Shown here one piece after another: positions 26,101-36,860 of a stretch of 64,000 nt of DNA (position 1 is its first letter; every line of letters starts with the position of its first letter). The notes under the pieces were generated by a model. That model ran no database searches, had not been told where the DNA came from, and worked only from the letters and a program-made list of their open reading frames with translations. The stretch is from Callorhinchus milii. Taxonomy: Eukaryota. The stretch spans positions 8,618,001-8,682,000 of the forward strand of contig NW_024704751.1 of the NCBI RefSeq assembly GCF_018977255.1, given 5' to 3'. The translations under genes and the position numbers were made by a program.

Positions 26101-29100
26101 TTACAAATATTATAATACTCAGTTCAAGCTAGCCAAGTCAGCACTCAGGGATTGAATTGTGAACCTTCACGGTCAATATGGCAGAGTGCCAGCCTATGCA
26201 GCACATTTCCTTAAGTGGTGGAGTACTAAATTGTTCAGAAAATAAACCTTGTAAATGCCCAGGAAATAGAAAATAAATCAGAAACCTAAAGAACCTCTAT
26301 GGATGTCACATATAGACCCATGACCAATCCTATCCCATGGCAGATGCACTAATCACAAATTTACTTCCCCTGTACTGTAGTTATTTTTTCAAATAAGAAC
26401 ATCAGACATGTTTCAAAAATCAGTTTTATTTGTAGGAAATACATTTTAAAACCCACACATGCATGATAATGTTTGTTCTCTTTCCAAGTCCTTTTACACT
26501 CAAGTTCAGTTTTGTGATTAGAACTGATATCTACAGCCCCCACCCCAAACACTTAGTTTTGATAAAATCAAAATATGTAGAATTAGATAGAGCAATCAAG
26601 GCAACAAAACAAAAGTTCTGAGTTAGCCAATAGAGGGCATGTGACAGCAGACAAGGAGATGATGCTGTACCTCCCCTGTGAGAGGTGTGACCTTGCCCTT
26701 ACAAGTTCTAAAATATTCAAACAAATTAACCAGAAAATACCCAAATTAAATCATATGGCTCCATCATTTACTGGAACCTACCAAGACCACATCGTGTTCT
26801 GGAGCACTATGATTTTAGGATGACTTGGGCCACAATAATCTTTGAACAATCTGCATCCTGCCCCAAGCTGGATGGGAAAAAAAACTCGAGTACTTTTTCT
26901 AAGATCAAATTCTAAAATACAATTTCAACCCCTACTACCGTTTTGTGGTCAGCGGTTGTTATACCTAAAATCAGAAAATAACTAGTTATATTTACACCAT
27001 ATACCCCACCCCATCTCTAAAAAAAAATCACGATCTGGAGTCTGGGCGCTCTTACAATGATCCACATGTCCACTTCCTGGAAGGTAGGGTGTGTAGGTAG
27101 GTAGATGCAGCTGTCCTTAGCTCGACATGCAGCCATGCAGGACCGTAGCCCTGTCACGGACAGCTAAGAGCTGAATTCTATCACCAACTCCCAATTATGA
27201 TGCACATCTTAAAAATGCTGGACAACCACTTTTGGTTAAAAAAAATGCAATGCTTAAATCATGTAGAGACAAGCACATACCCTGAGGCTGCCAGTTTAAT
27301 TATTAAAGCAGCCAAGGTGCTTTTCTTGTCAATCAGCCTCATGGCTTAACCAACAATTAAAATTTGTTTAGTTATCCAAGACACAGCTAGAATCCAATAC
27401 ACTAGACATTGCATTCAGAAAGCACTCACAAAGAACAAATTGTTATCACCATAAAAAGGTGGAACACTGTCAATTGTGGATTACTGCAATACGTAATATA
27501 TGAAAGAAAAAAAATGGTCCTTTCAAATCCCAGAAATCTGGCACAATCTCTGCAGGAAAAAATGAGCTAAAACAAGAAAGTTCATTTTTAAACCTGACCC
27601 CAAACAAAACAGCATTCAATCAGAATAGAATGAAACATTAATTTCCATTCTAAAATGAAACATCTAAACCTGTAACAAACGCTAACTTTTTTTTTAGAAC
27701 CCAGAAAGAAGCGATAAAATTAAAAAAAACAATCTTACGAAGTGAGGCATGGCAGGTTTTTTTTAAAAAAAGAGGGAATAAACAAATCGTGGTGGAACAG
27801 AAATGCAGGACATTTTAGATCAGGTATTCTGGCTTGTCAAACTCGAGATGCTGAAAATAGTTTAAACAGTACTGAATAGACAGATGCACTCGTTGCAAAT
27901 ACACCCAAAGGTAAGGCTGGAACGGTCAAGAAATGCCTGCGACTCTGAAAATGCAAACGCAAACCCCTCGTGGAAACATTTGCGGGTGTCGTGGATTAAA
28001 AAAAAATAAAAGACAAAAGGGAACCTTGACGCGGTCAACGGGGTGGGGTGTGGGGGGGGGGGGGGAAGAGAGAGAGAAAAAAAAACACCTTGAAAATCAA
28101 AATGCAAATCTCCGCCTTTCGCGACGAGCGAATTCCCTGTGCTCTGCTCTGCTCTGCTCCACCCTGCGTTTTCTCTCAACATGTGTGCGCTGGGGGTGAC
28201 CGGCGCAACTTCCGCCTCGGCGAGAATAAAAGAAAATCCACGCCGAAAGCCCACACTTGTGCAATGCAATCGTTCGCGACTCGTTCAACGGGGGGAAAAA
28301 AAATCATCGGGGGTTTGGACACCCCCCCCCCCCCCACCCACCCCGCCCGCCCAAACCGGATGGACCCTTTTCTTCTGCCTTAAACATCTTTTGTACGTCG
28401 GGGGACAAAACTGGAAACTGCTGCTACTGCAACAAAAAAAAATCGCCCACTCCCCACCCCCTCTCTCCCTCCCTCCCTCCCTCTTTTTTTGCGCGTTTTC
28501 ATTTAATTTTTGTTAAAAAAAACACGAAATCCTGAATCGTCCCGATCTTTCCGATGCTTGGGGGGGAAAAAACGGGGGCGGGGGGGGGAGGCGAGCAAGA
28601 CGGGGAGACTGCGCTTAGTTCGACGCGATAAAATCGGGGCCGGGGGGGGGGAGAGAGAGAGGGTGTTCCCCCCCTTTTTTTTAAATATGTCTTTAAAAAA
28701 AAGGGGGGGAGTGGGGTTGGGTGTGGGAGGGAAGCTGCCCGCTTTCACCGTATCCCTCCCTCCTCTCCTCCCCCCCCCCCCCCAAGCCTTTAATTGCCGG
28801 TAATTCAGGGTTATGTAGTAAAAAAAAGGGAGGGGTCGCTCGCTCGCTCACCCGCTGCCACAGAGCGGGTGGGAGAGAGAGAGAGAGAGAGGAGCCGCTC
28901 CCTACTCGGCGGGAAGACACAGACAGACAGACAGACGCTCCAACCAGCCCGCGTTTTAACACCAAAAACTCACTCTCTCTCTATATATATATACTATATA
29001 TATATTATATACGATAAAAAAACAATACAAAGGAGGGAGGGTGGGAGGGGGGGGGGTTGAAGAGAGGCGTGGCTCGCGCGCGGGTTTTGCGGCGCTGCCG

Positions 29101-29159
29101 CCAGGGCTGTGCTCCCCTCAGCGCCCGCCCGCCCGCCGGCCGCCATTTTGTATGGAGCT

Positions 29160-29360
29160 GAGGAGGGGAGAGGAGTGGGGGAGGAGGGGAGAGGAGTGAG
29201 AGAGAGGGGGGAGAGGAGTGAGAGAGAGGGGGGAGAGGAGTGAGAGAGAGGGGGGAGAGGAGGGAGAGAGAGAGGGGGAGGAGGGGAGAGGAGTGAGAGA
29301 GGGGGGAAAGAGGAGTGAGAGAGAGGGGAGAGGGAGGAAGGAGAGGAGGGGGTGGGGAGG
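29160..29360 (+). repeat. Polypurine (GA-rich) low-complexity tract in YWHAE intron 1
   Basis: About 200 nt of nearly pure G/A on the + strand. Confidence 0.9.
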
Positions 29361-29505
29361 TGAGGAACGGACTAACCAGCCCACACCCACCCGCCTACAC
29401 CGCCGAGCTCGGCCTAAACCCTCACCCCTCCCTCCCTCCCTTCACCCTCACCCTTCCCTCCCTCTCAGCCCCGCTCGCCCGCCATCCACTCACTCACTCA
29501 CTCAC

Positions 29506-29569
29506 CATCGTAGCGCTCGGCCTGTTCGGCCAACTTGGCTTGGTAAACGAGGTCCTCGCGGTCCTCCAT
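29506..29569 (-). CDS. YWHAE: 14-3-3 epsilon exon 1 coding part: MEDREDLVYQAKLAEQAERYD
   Basis: ATG at 29569 in good context (GACATGG); donor G|GTGAGT; 64 nt. The six exons total 765 nt, or 254 aa plus stop. Confidence 0.97.
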
Positions 29570-31319
29570 GTCTCCGTCAGAGGGGGGGAAAGGGGGGGCG
29601 GGTGAGCGAGAGCTTGTCTGGAGGCGGTCGAGTTAGTGAATAATGGCGGTGGTGGAGGAAGGAGGAGGAGCGGCTCTTTTTTCTCTCTCTTTCTCTCTCT
29701 CCCCCTCACACACACACTCTCTCTCTCTCTCGGCTCCTTTGGTTGGCGGGAGGGGGGGAGGTTGGCTTTCGCGGAGGGAGGCGACGAGTGGTGGTGGTGG
29801 TGGTGGGAAGGAAGGAGGAGGAGGAGGAGGGGGGGGGGGTGTTGGGGAAGCCGCGGGAAGGGAAGGGAAGGAGGAAAGCGAGACTCGGGAGAGAAAAGAG
29901 AATTGAGAGAGAGAGAGAGAGAGAGAAAGAAAAAAAGGGGGTGGGGGAAGGGGGGGACGTAGAGGGAGAGAGAGCGCCCGGCTCGGGAAATCTGCTGAGG
30001 ACCTGAGAGCGTCGCTCGTACCCGCCGCCAAGCAGCTGCCAAAATGGCGGACGCTCGGGATGTAGTGCCGGGCTCCGAGCGCTCCGCCCCCCCCGCCCTT
30101 GCTCTCTTTTCCTGGGCCGCCTGGCGGTGAAGCGGTCCCGGCGCTCTCTCTCACTCACTCACTCACTCTGTGTGTCTGTCCACCCGCCTCGCGCACCGAT
30201 ACACCACCGCCGCCGCTCGGCGGCGAAGAGGACAAAAGGTCTAGTGCCGGGCACCGCGCCCAGCGCAGGAGCATCCGCCTTCGGTGAGCCGGTCAGCGCA
30301 GAGGGGGGAGGGGCGTGTGTGTGTGTGTGTAAAAAAAAACACAGAGAGGCGAGGACACTGTCTCCTACCGCACTAGAGGGGAAATAGTTCGGCTTCTTCA
30401 AAGAGCATTGCACAGCCAGACAAGGGGAGGGGGAGGGTGGGGAGGGGTGGCTTTTTTTTTGTGGTTAATCCACATGCAATGCAACGTGCACACAGATTGT
30501 GTCCGGGGAATCTGCAGGGCCGGACATGGGGACGCAAGATCGAAAGGAAAGGGAACGAGAGTTAACCGTTTGAGCGCTCGGCGACTCGCTCGGGCTTTGG
30601 AGGCTAATTCCCTGGGCTTCCGGCGGCTGAGGGCATTGTCGCGGGGGTCAGCCGGGCCCCAGGGCTGACCTCTGCTCCGTGCTGAGTTGGCCGCTCTCCG
30701 GCGGAGGGGGATTGAGCGCCGGGGAACGAACGCAGCGATGTCTCGCGCGGACAGCGAAAGGGGCTCCGGAGTAGGGGGGGTTGGGCTGCGGATGCGCAGT
30801 CGCGTCTGGGTGGGGTGGCCGTGTGGGTGGGATGGGCGGCGGTGGCGGCGGCGGTGGTGGTGGTGGGTGGGTGGGTGGGGGGGTTAATAGGTAAGGTGTG
30901 CGGTCAGACAGGCAGACATTAAGACGCTCAGTAATGCGGAACTAATGAAAGGCGTATCCGCCTATTGTGTCGGCCGGGCAGTCGGGCAAACACTAACGTC
31001 TAACAAGACAGACCAGCATCGATCGGTGGTGTGGAGTGTCTCGAGTCTCCTTGTTGTCCGATCAATATGGACAAGTTAGCTAATATCAGCTGGCCCAGCG
31101 CGGGGGGGGGGGGGGGGGGGTTACCATGAGTCTCAGCTCCAACATGGAAAGAGGAATAATCTGTGGGATGAAAGCAACCTGTAGAAACTGGAGCAGGACC
31201 GGGTTCACGCCGTGTAATTATGGTGTCATTTTAGTGATCATTTAACGCTGAAATGTGGCAATTGTCAAATCCTTACGACATACATTATAACACATCGATC
31301 CGTCAGCAAGGACGCATTT

Positions 31320-31940
31320 GATAGTAATCCTTGCTTTTGATATTGCGTTTCAATCACATCGTCAAGACGTCTCAAAGCCCTTCCCAGGATTTACTCTGAA
31401 GTGTAGTGACTGTGTTTAGGAAGTGAACACGGCAGTCAATTTGCCACAGCAATGTCTCACAAACAGCTACGGAGTCAGTGACCAATTTTATTCGGAAGAT
31501 TGTTGGCTGGGACACTGCGAGAGAGAAACTCCCTTCTCTTCTCAAATAGCTTTGGGACGTCCACCCAACGTGAAAGGCGCTATACAAATGTAATTTGTTG
31601 TTGTTGTTGTTGTTGTTCCAGCACTGCACTGGAGAGTCAACAACCACTTGCATTTACATAGTGCTCCTCACGCACTGTAACGTCTCAGAGCGCTCGACAG
31701 TGGCAGAGTGGTGGGAGGTGACGGTAGGCATGGTCGAAGAGGAAGGTCTTCAGGCAGGACCTGAAGATGGGGAAGAAAGGGGCAAGCAGGAGGGATAGAG
31801 GAAGATTATTCCCTCTTCCTCTATCCAGGCATCAGCCTGGATTGTGAGCTCAAAGTCCACGTGTGCAGCTTGAAACCACAAGCTCATGACATGACTCAGA
31901 GGCAAGAGTGTTACCATCTGAGCTAGGCTGACACCTGGCT
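31320..31940. mobile_element. Cluster of SINE and L2 fragments in both orientations
   Basis: SINE tail/core reverse (31325-31545), L2 tail + (31548-31618), L2 reverse (31640-31800), DeuSINE head reverse (31830-31935). Confidence 0.7.
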
Positions 31941-33119
31941 GGTAACAATTGAATAAAATCTATTTAGCTTCTCATTACTTTATCTCTGACAATTCAGAAC
32001 ACTATTTGCAATCCTAATTTTTACGGCTTTCAAGTCGATTCCTGACAAATTGTCTCCATCCTGCTGAGGAGTAGGTAAAGAGAACAATCTCCATTGGTAG
32101 AGGGGAAAGCAAGCAGGGATTTCTAGGAAACTAGGGCTCGTCAGATCAAATAGAGAAGTCTCAGAGGGGATATGTTGGGACTTGGAGCTCACGTGGTCAA
32201 AGAGGAAGCGACCTGAGAATTGGGAAGGAGGGTACAAGGCGCACGGATTGAGGGAGACTGTTCAGAGTTTCGCCGTATGTAGGGATTGTATCAAATGCAA
32301 GGATCATGGTTAGTTGTTAATGGGATAAAGAAGACAAAGCAATACTTCCAGCTACGCCAGGCCAGGAGGACAAAGGATGTGAAGGGCAAGTTTAGGACAG
32401 CCACCAGCAAGTATTAACATTTGCATAGAGGGTACAAGCCGCTGGGCTGGGTTACCAGGAAGGTTGGCTGAGTCCACTGGATCCTTTTACAACACTATTT
32501 GATGCTGTAATGGGAAGATGGTGGGGTTGGTTTTCTGTCAGGACAAGATGAAATGGTACTTAGTGCTCTCAGTATCTGGGAACCGTGCCAGAAATCACTC
32601 GTCCCACAGTCTGCAGTGAGGGAGAAACCGTTTCTCCAGACATCCAGGTGCATCAGCAATGCAACTCCGAACCACGCAAACTCAAGTTCGTCTTCACCGA
32701 AAAGACGTAGACATTTTCAGAAAATATATCTTTGGCAAAAATACCGGGGGTCGAAAATTGTCTTTGGTGCTGATGCGAATTGGTGCTGACCCACTGAGAT
32801 ACACCCACGGTAACCCCCCTGCGCTCTTCCCAGCTCGACGTCAAACTCCACCATTGTTCAGCGCTCTGAGACGCTGCTCCGTATGAAGGCCGCCGTGTAA
32901 ATGCATTGCGTTGTTAGAGGTGCCGTGCTCTGTGTGAGATGTTGAACCTTCTTCACGTCTTTGAGACGTCTCAAAGCGCTTCACGGAATATAATGTGAAG
33001 CGAACTGACTGTACTTTTTGCCGTCTTCTGGCCAACAATCCTCCAGGTGGTTATTCAACTAAATTGGTTATTCACTTCATGGCTGTTTGCAGGACTTCGA
33101 TGTGTGCAAAACGGCTGCT

Positions 33120-33436
33120 GGAGAGGAGGGGATGGTGGTGGGGGAGAGCAGGGGATGGTGGTGGGGGAGAGGAGGGGATGGTGGTGGGGGAGAGGAGGGG
33201 ATGGTGGTGGGGAGAGCAGGGGATGGTGGTGGGGGAGAGCAGGGGATGGTGGTGGGGGAGAGGAGGGATGGTGGTGGGGGAGAGCAGGGGATGGTGGTGG
33301 GGGAGAGGAGGGGATGGTGGTGGGGGAGAGCAGGGGATGGTGGTGGGGGAGAGCAGGGGATGGTGGTGGGGGAGAGCAGGGGATGGTGGTGGGGGAGAGC
33401 AGGGGATGGTGGTGGGGGAGAGCAGGGGATGGTGGT
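33120..33436 (+). repeat. G-rich minisatellite, 23-nt unit GAGAG(C/G)AGGGGATGGTGGTGGGG, about 14 copies
   Basis: Directly visible tandem array; explains the repetitive ORFs at 32995-33624. Confidence 0.95.
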
Positions 33437-33879
33437 TGAGTGTGGGAGGTTCTCTGGACAGCAATGAGGAGCAGGAATCCTGGCTGTGCGTTGCCCTCGC
33501 TTACCCAGTTAGGCTTACTGTAAGCCTTGCCGCGAGCTGGGCACTCCGCCTGTACAAACTCTGCAGGCCACATTTCATGTAGCGCATGTTGAAACATCTC
33601 AAGTGCTTCACAAAATGGGTGCAAAGCAAAGTTCTGCCACTAGTAGGTGCTGCAATGCACATATTGCAATGAGGTCCCCCGGTAAGGGAATCAAAGCCAC
33701 CCGGCCCCTCGAACGGGCGCCGGTGTTTTCTCCACACGAGTCACCCGGTGTAACCTCACTCCCCAGGTCGGCGCTTGCTGGTTCCTTCTCCTCAGTGAAC
33801 GGGCTTCGGAGCAGCACAAACAGTCAAAGACTCCCGGCTGGCAGATTCTCATCACAAATAATAGGGATTATAAATAATG

Positions 33880-35070
33880 ATCCTTAAATTATCACGCCTT
33901 ATCGTGCCGTGGAGATGTCTCAAAGCGCTTCACAGGATATATTGTAAAGTGAATTGACTGTACGTTTTGTGGGCGAAATGCGGCAGCCAACTGTGCACGG
34001 CAGCGTCCCCACAAACAGTCGTGGATTGAGTGACATTTTTTATTTCAGGGATATTAATAACCGCTGGAAAGCGATCCGCCAGTCGATTAGCAACCGGGTT
34101 CCTACTTAAACCATCGGATCCCCCCCCCCATCTGTTCTAGCTCCGACTAATCGCCTTTCATCATACAGTCAATTCACTTTACAGTGTGTTCTGCGAAGCG
34201 CTTTGGGACGTCCTCCCGACGTGAAAAGCGCTATATCAAATGCAAGGATTATTATTATTATTATATGCTCGCCGTTGGCTGCCGCGTTTCGCCCACAAAT
34301 ATACAGTCAACGCACTTTACAGTGTATTCGGTGAAGCCCTTTGAGACGTCTAGAAGACGTGATACATTTTTGTATCAAATGCAAGGATTATTATTATTAT
34401 TATTATTAACTGTGGCTGCTCCATCCTGCCCCCTGCTGGAAGCCGAAGATATTTTGTGACACAGCCCAGAACGGGATTGGAGTGTAATTTAAGACCTGTA
34501 CGTGTGTATTGTGCGAAAGGCAACGATGGGTGGGAAATATAAATTGTAAAAAAAGAACTATTGTCATTTGATTCAGTATGTGAGATGTTAACTATATTTC
34601 AGATACGAGTCGCTGCTTCGGATTGCTATAGTACAACAGTTTTTGCGCTCGCCACAGTCCCTGCGATATCCAAACATCTCAAAGTGTTATTGTTTTTAGC
34701 AGCAGTCAATCAGCCACAGTAATAATCCTTGCATTTGGTGTAGTGCCTTGTCGCGTCGGAAGGAGGTCTCAAAGCGCTTCACAGGATTTACTGTGAAATG
34801 GGACGACAGTATTAGGCAAATGCAGCAATACAATTGTGCACAGCAATGTCCCGAAAAAAAACAGCCATGAAACAAGTGTCCAGTTTATCTGGAGGATTGT
34901 CGATTGGTACATTTTCATTTCTGGTGGAATCTTTTAACATCTAATCGAACAAGACAGGCGGGAGCTTGGTTTGATGTCTCATCAGAGGCTCCTCTGACAA
35001 TGCAGTAGTCCCTTAGCACAATGCTGGCGTGTCGGTCTGGACTGTGAGCTCCAAGCCCCCAGTTATTGCT
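33880..35070. mobile_element. Dense SINE cluster: reverse copy (33890-34110), two tandem forward tails (34163-34262, 34270-34408), reverse DeuSINE-like (34720-35060)
   Basis: Repeated matches to the core and tail of the 10441 SINE in alternating orientation. Confidence 0.8.
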
Positions 35071-35459
35071 CATTGGGGGGGGGGGCCCCCCCAAGGGTCA
35101 TTTTCTTGTTTATATGCCGTGTTCTCGAGGATGAAGCATGGAACCAACCTCTGCTCAGCTCAAGATTCTCAGGGCTCTGCGCTGTTCAAGTTAGCCTGAC
35201 CCCAATTAAATACAACCTCAAGGTGTCTGAAACAGGTCATAAAATAAATAAATCAATAAACATCTGTCGCTAGTGGGCGCTGCAGATCACAAACCCTGCC
35301 AAGGCTCCAGTTCAGGGAAGCAGAAGTGGGAGCGGTCGGTTGATATCATTCAGAGAATCGCAGAGCATCTTTTGAAAAGGAAGGCTCGTCCGTGGCTCTC
35401 TGTGGATAAGTAGACTGCCTGACGTGGTAGAGAATTTAAAAAGGAGCTGGATATAGTCA

Positions 35460-35640
35460 TCATAATCCTTGCATTTGATATAGTGCCTGATCATGTCATC
35501 GAGAGGTCTCAAAAGAGCCTCACAGAATATACTGGAAAGTGGAGTGACTGTGCATTTTTGGGTGAAACGCAGCAGTCAATTATGCACAGCAGCGCCCCAC
35601 GGTCGTGGATTATAGAGTGACCTTTTTTTTTTTGAGGGAT
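35460..35640 (-). mobile_element. SINE 3' half, reverse
   Basis: AATCCTTGCATTTGATATAGTGCC...GCAGTCAATTATGCACAGCAGCGCCCCAC. Confidence 0.8.
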
Positions 35641-36699
35641 TATTATTATTATTATTATGATATAATGCCGTGAGACTTCTGTCATTCCCATCCAAAGATA
35701 TAAACATTTGAAGAGGAATGAGAAAAATGGGTAAGTGGAAAGAAGAAAGAGTAGGGATTCAAGTCATTAGCTCCATTGCACGATTTAGTACCAGCTTAGT
35801 CCTGATGGGCTGAATGCCTCCTCTTATGTGTCATTTTTATTTTCACTGAGCGACAAGAGCCCAAGATAGTCTGAGGTCTGATATCTGGTCCCAGCACAGG
35901 CAGGAGCAGGCTGTAAAGGAACTGTGTGGTTTTAGCCAAGGTTTCAGTTTCTCATCAGACTCCAGTGATTCCCTACTGGGATGTGGATTGTGCTTTGCTG
36001 AGTTCTCTCTTCTCCCCCTTCTGTCCCCAGTGGAATAACCTGCTTGAATTCTATCCTTGGGTTAGTCTTACCAGAGAGCAGCTGCTACCCAAAACCAATC
36101 AGCCTCTTGTAGATGTGAGGGGAGAAATAGCCAAGAGCAATGCCAAGTATGTGATTAAGCCAGAAAGAATAAGGTCACAGGTTCAATCTCTGGCTGTGTA
36201 GTTTTTTTTTCATTTTTTAACCAGCATAGCAATGAAAGTACTGTAACATATTTGGTCTCAGCATCACTGAGTTAGGAAGAGAGAATTCTGATTTACTCTC
36301 CATTGCCTCACCCATGTCTGTGTGTGCATAGAGGTCGCATGAGGACAGAATCCAATCAAATCCGTCACTGACTTATCCCATTGTCTAAAAGAGCAAGGCT
36401 TTAGTATTTCAGTATGATTCAAGCTACATCCTTTGTGAAGCGGACAGTGAGCAGCTGCCTGCTGTCTGACCATGAAGCGATTTGCTCTAACCCCAGCCCA
36501 GAGTTTACCAATCGTGCACACACACACACACACACCTCCAGCAGGAGCTGGGAGGGAGATTAGGAAAGAAGGGGAGAAGGTCAGAGCCCCCTCTTATGCC
36601 AGCCATTGAGTGGCATCTGCTTTAAAGTGAACACGTGTATAATAATGATAATCCTTTGGATACAGAGCCTTTCAATAATAGTAATAATCGTTGCATTTG

Positions 36700-36860
36700 T
36701 TATAGCTTCAAGACTGAGGTGGATAGCTATTTGTTAGGTCAGGGTATAAAGGGGTATGGGGCAAGCGGGGGTAATTGGACGTGAGGTACAGATCAGCCAT
36801 GATCTTATTGAAGGGAAGAACAGGCTCAAGGGACTGAATGGCCTCCTCTTGTTTCTATGT
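36700..36860 (+). mobile_element. CR1-type LINE 3' end, embedded within a reverse SINE tail
   Basis: TTCAAGACTGAGGTGGATAG (FKTEVD) followed by the CR1 terminal motif; SINE tail halves flank it at about 36680-36703 and 36860-36940. Confidence 0.75.

Larger units (their letters stand above)
27900..31030 (-). promoter_or_regulatory. CpG island and promoter of YWHAE with YY1-type motifs and GC boxes
   Basis: High CpG density. CAAAATGGCGG at 30040-30050, GGCCGCCATTTTG at 29138-29150, CCGCCCCC near 30085, partial ZNF143-like ACTACATCCC (-) at 30057-30066. TSS inferred near 30050. Confidence 0.8.

Noticed and set aside
27862-30887. Numerous overlapping ORFs around YWHAE exon 1
   Set aside because: Products of GC-rich and GA/CT low-complexity CpG-island sequence; only 29506-29569 is supported as coding.
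32995-33624. Repeat proteins / CRISPR-like array
   Set aside because: Head-to-tail 23-nt minisatellite with no spacers and no cas genes; the ORFs are translations of the repeat.
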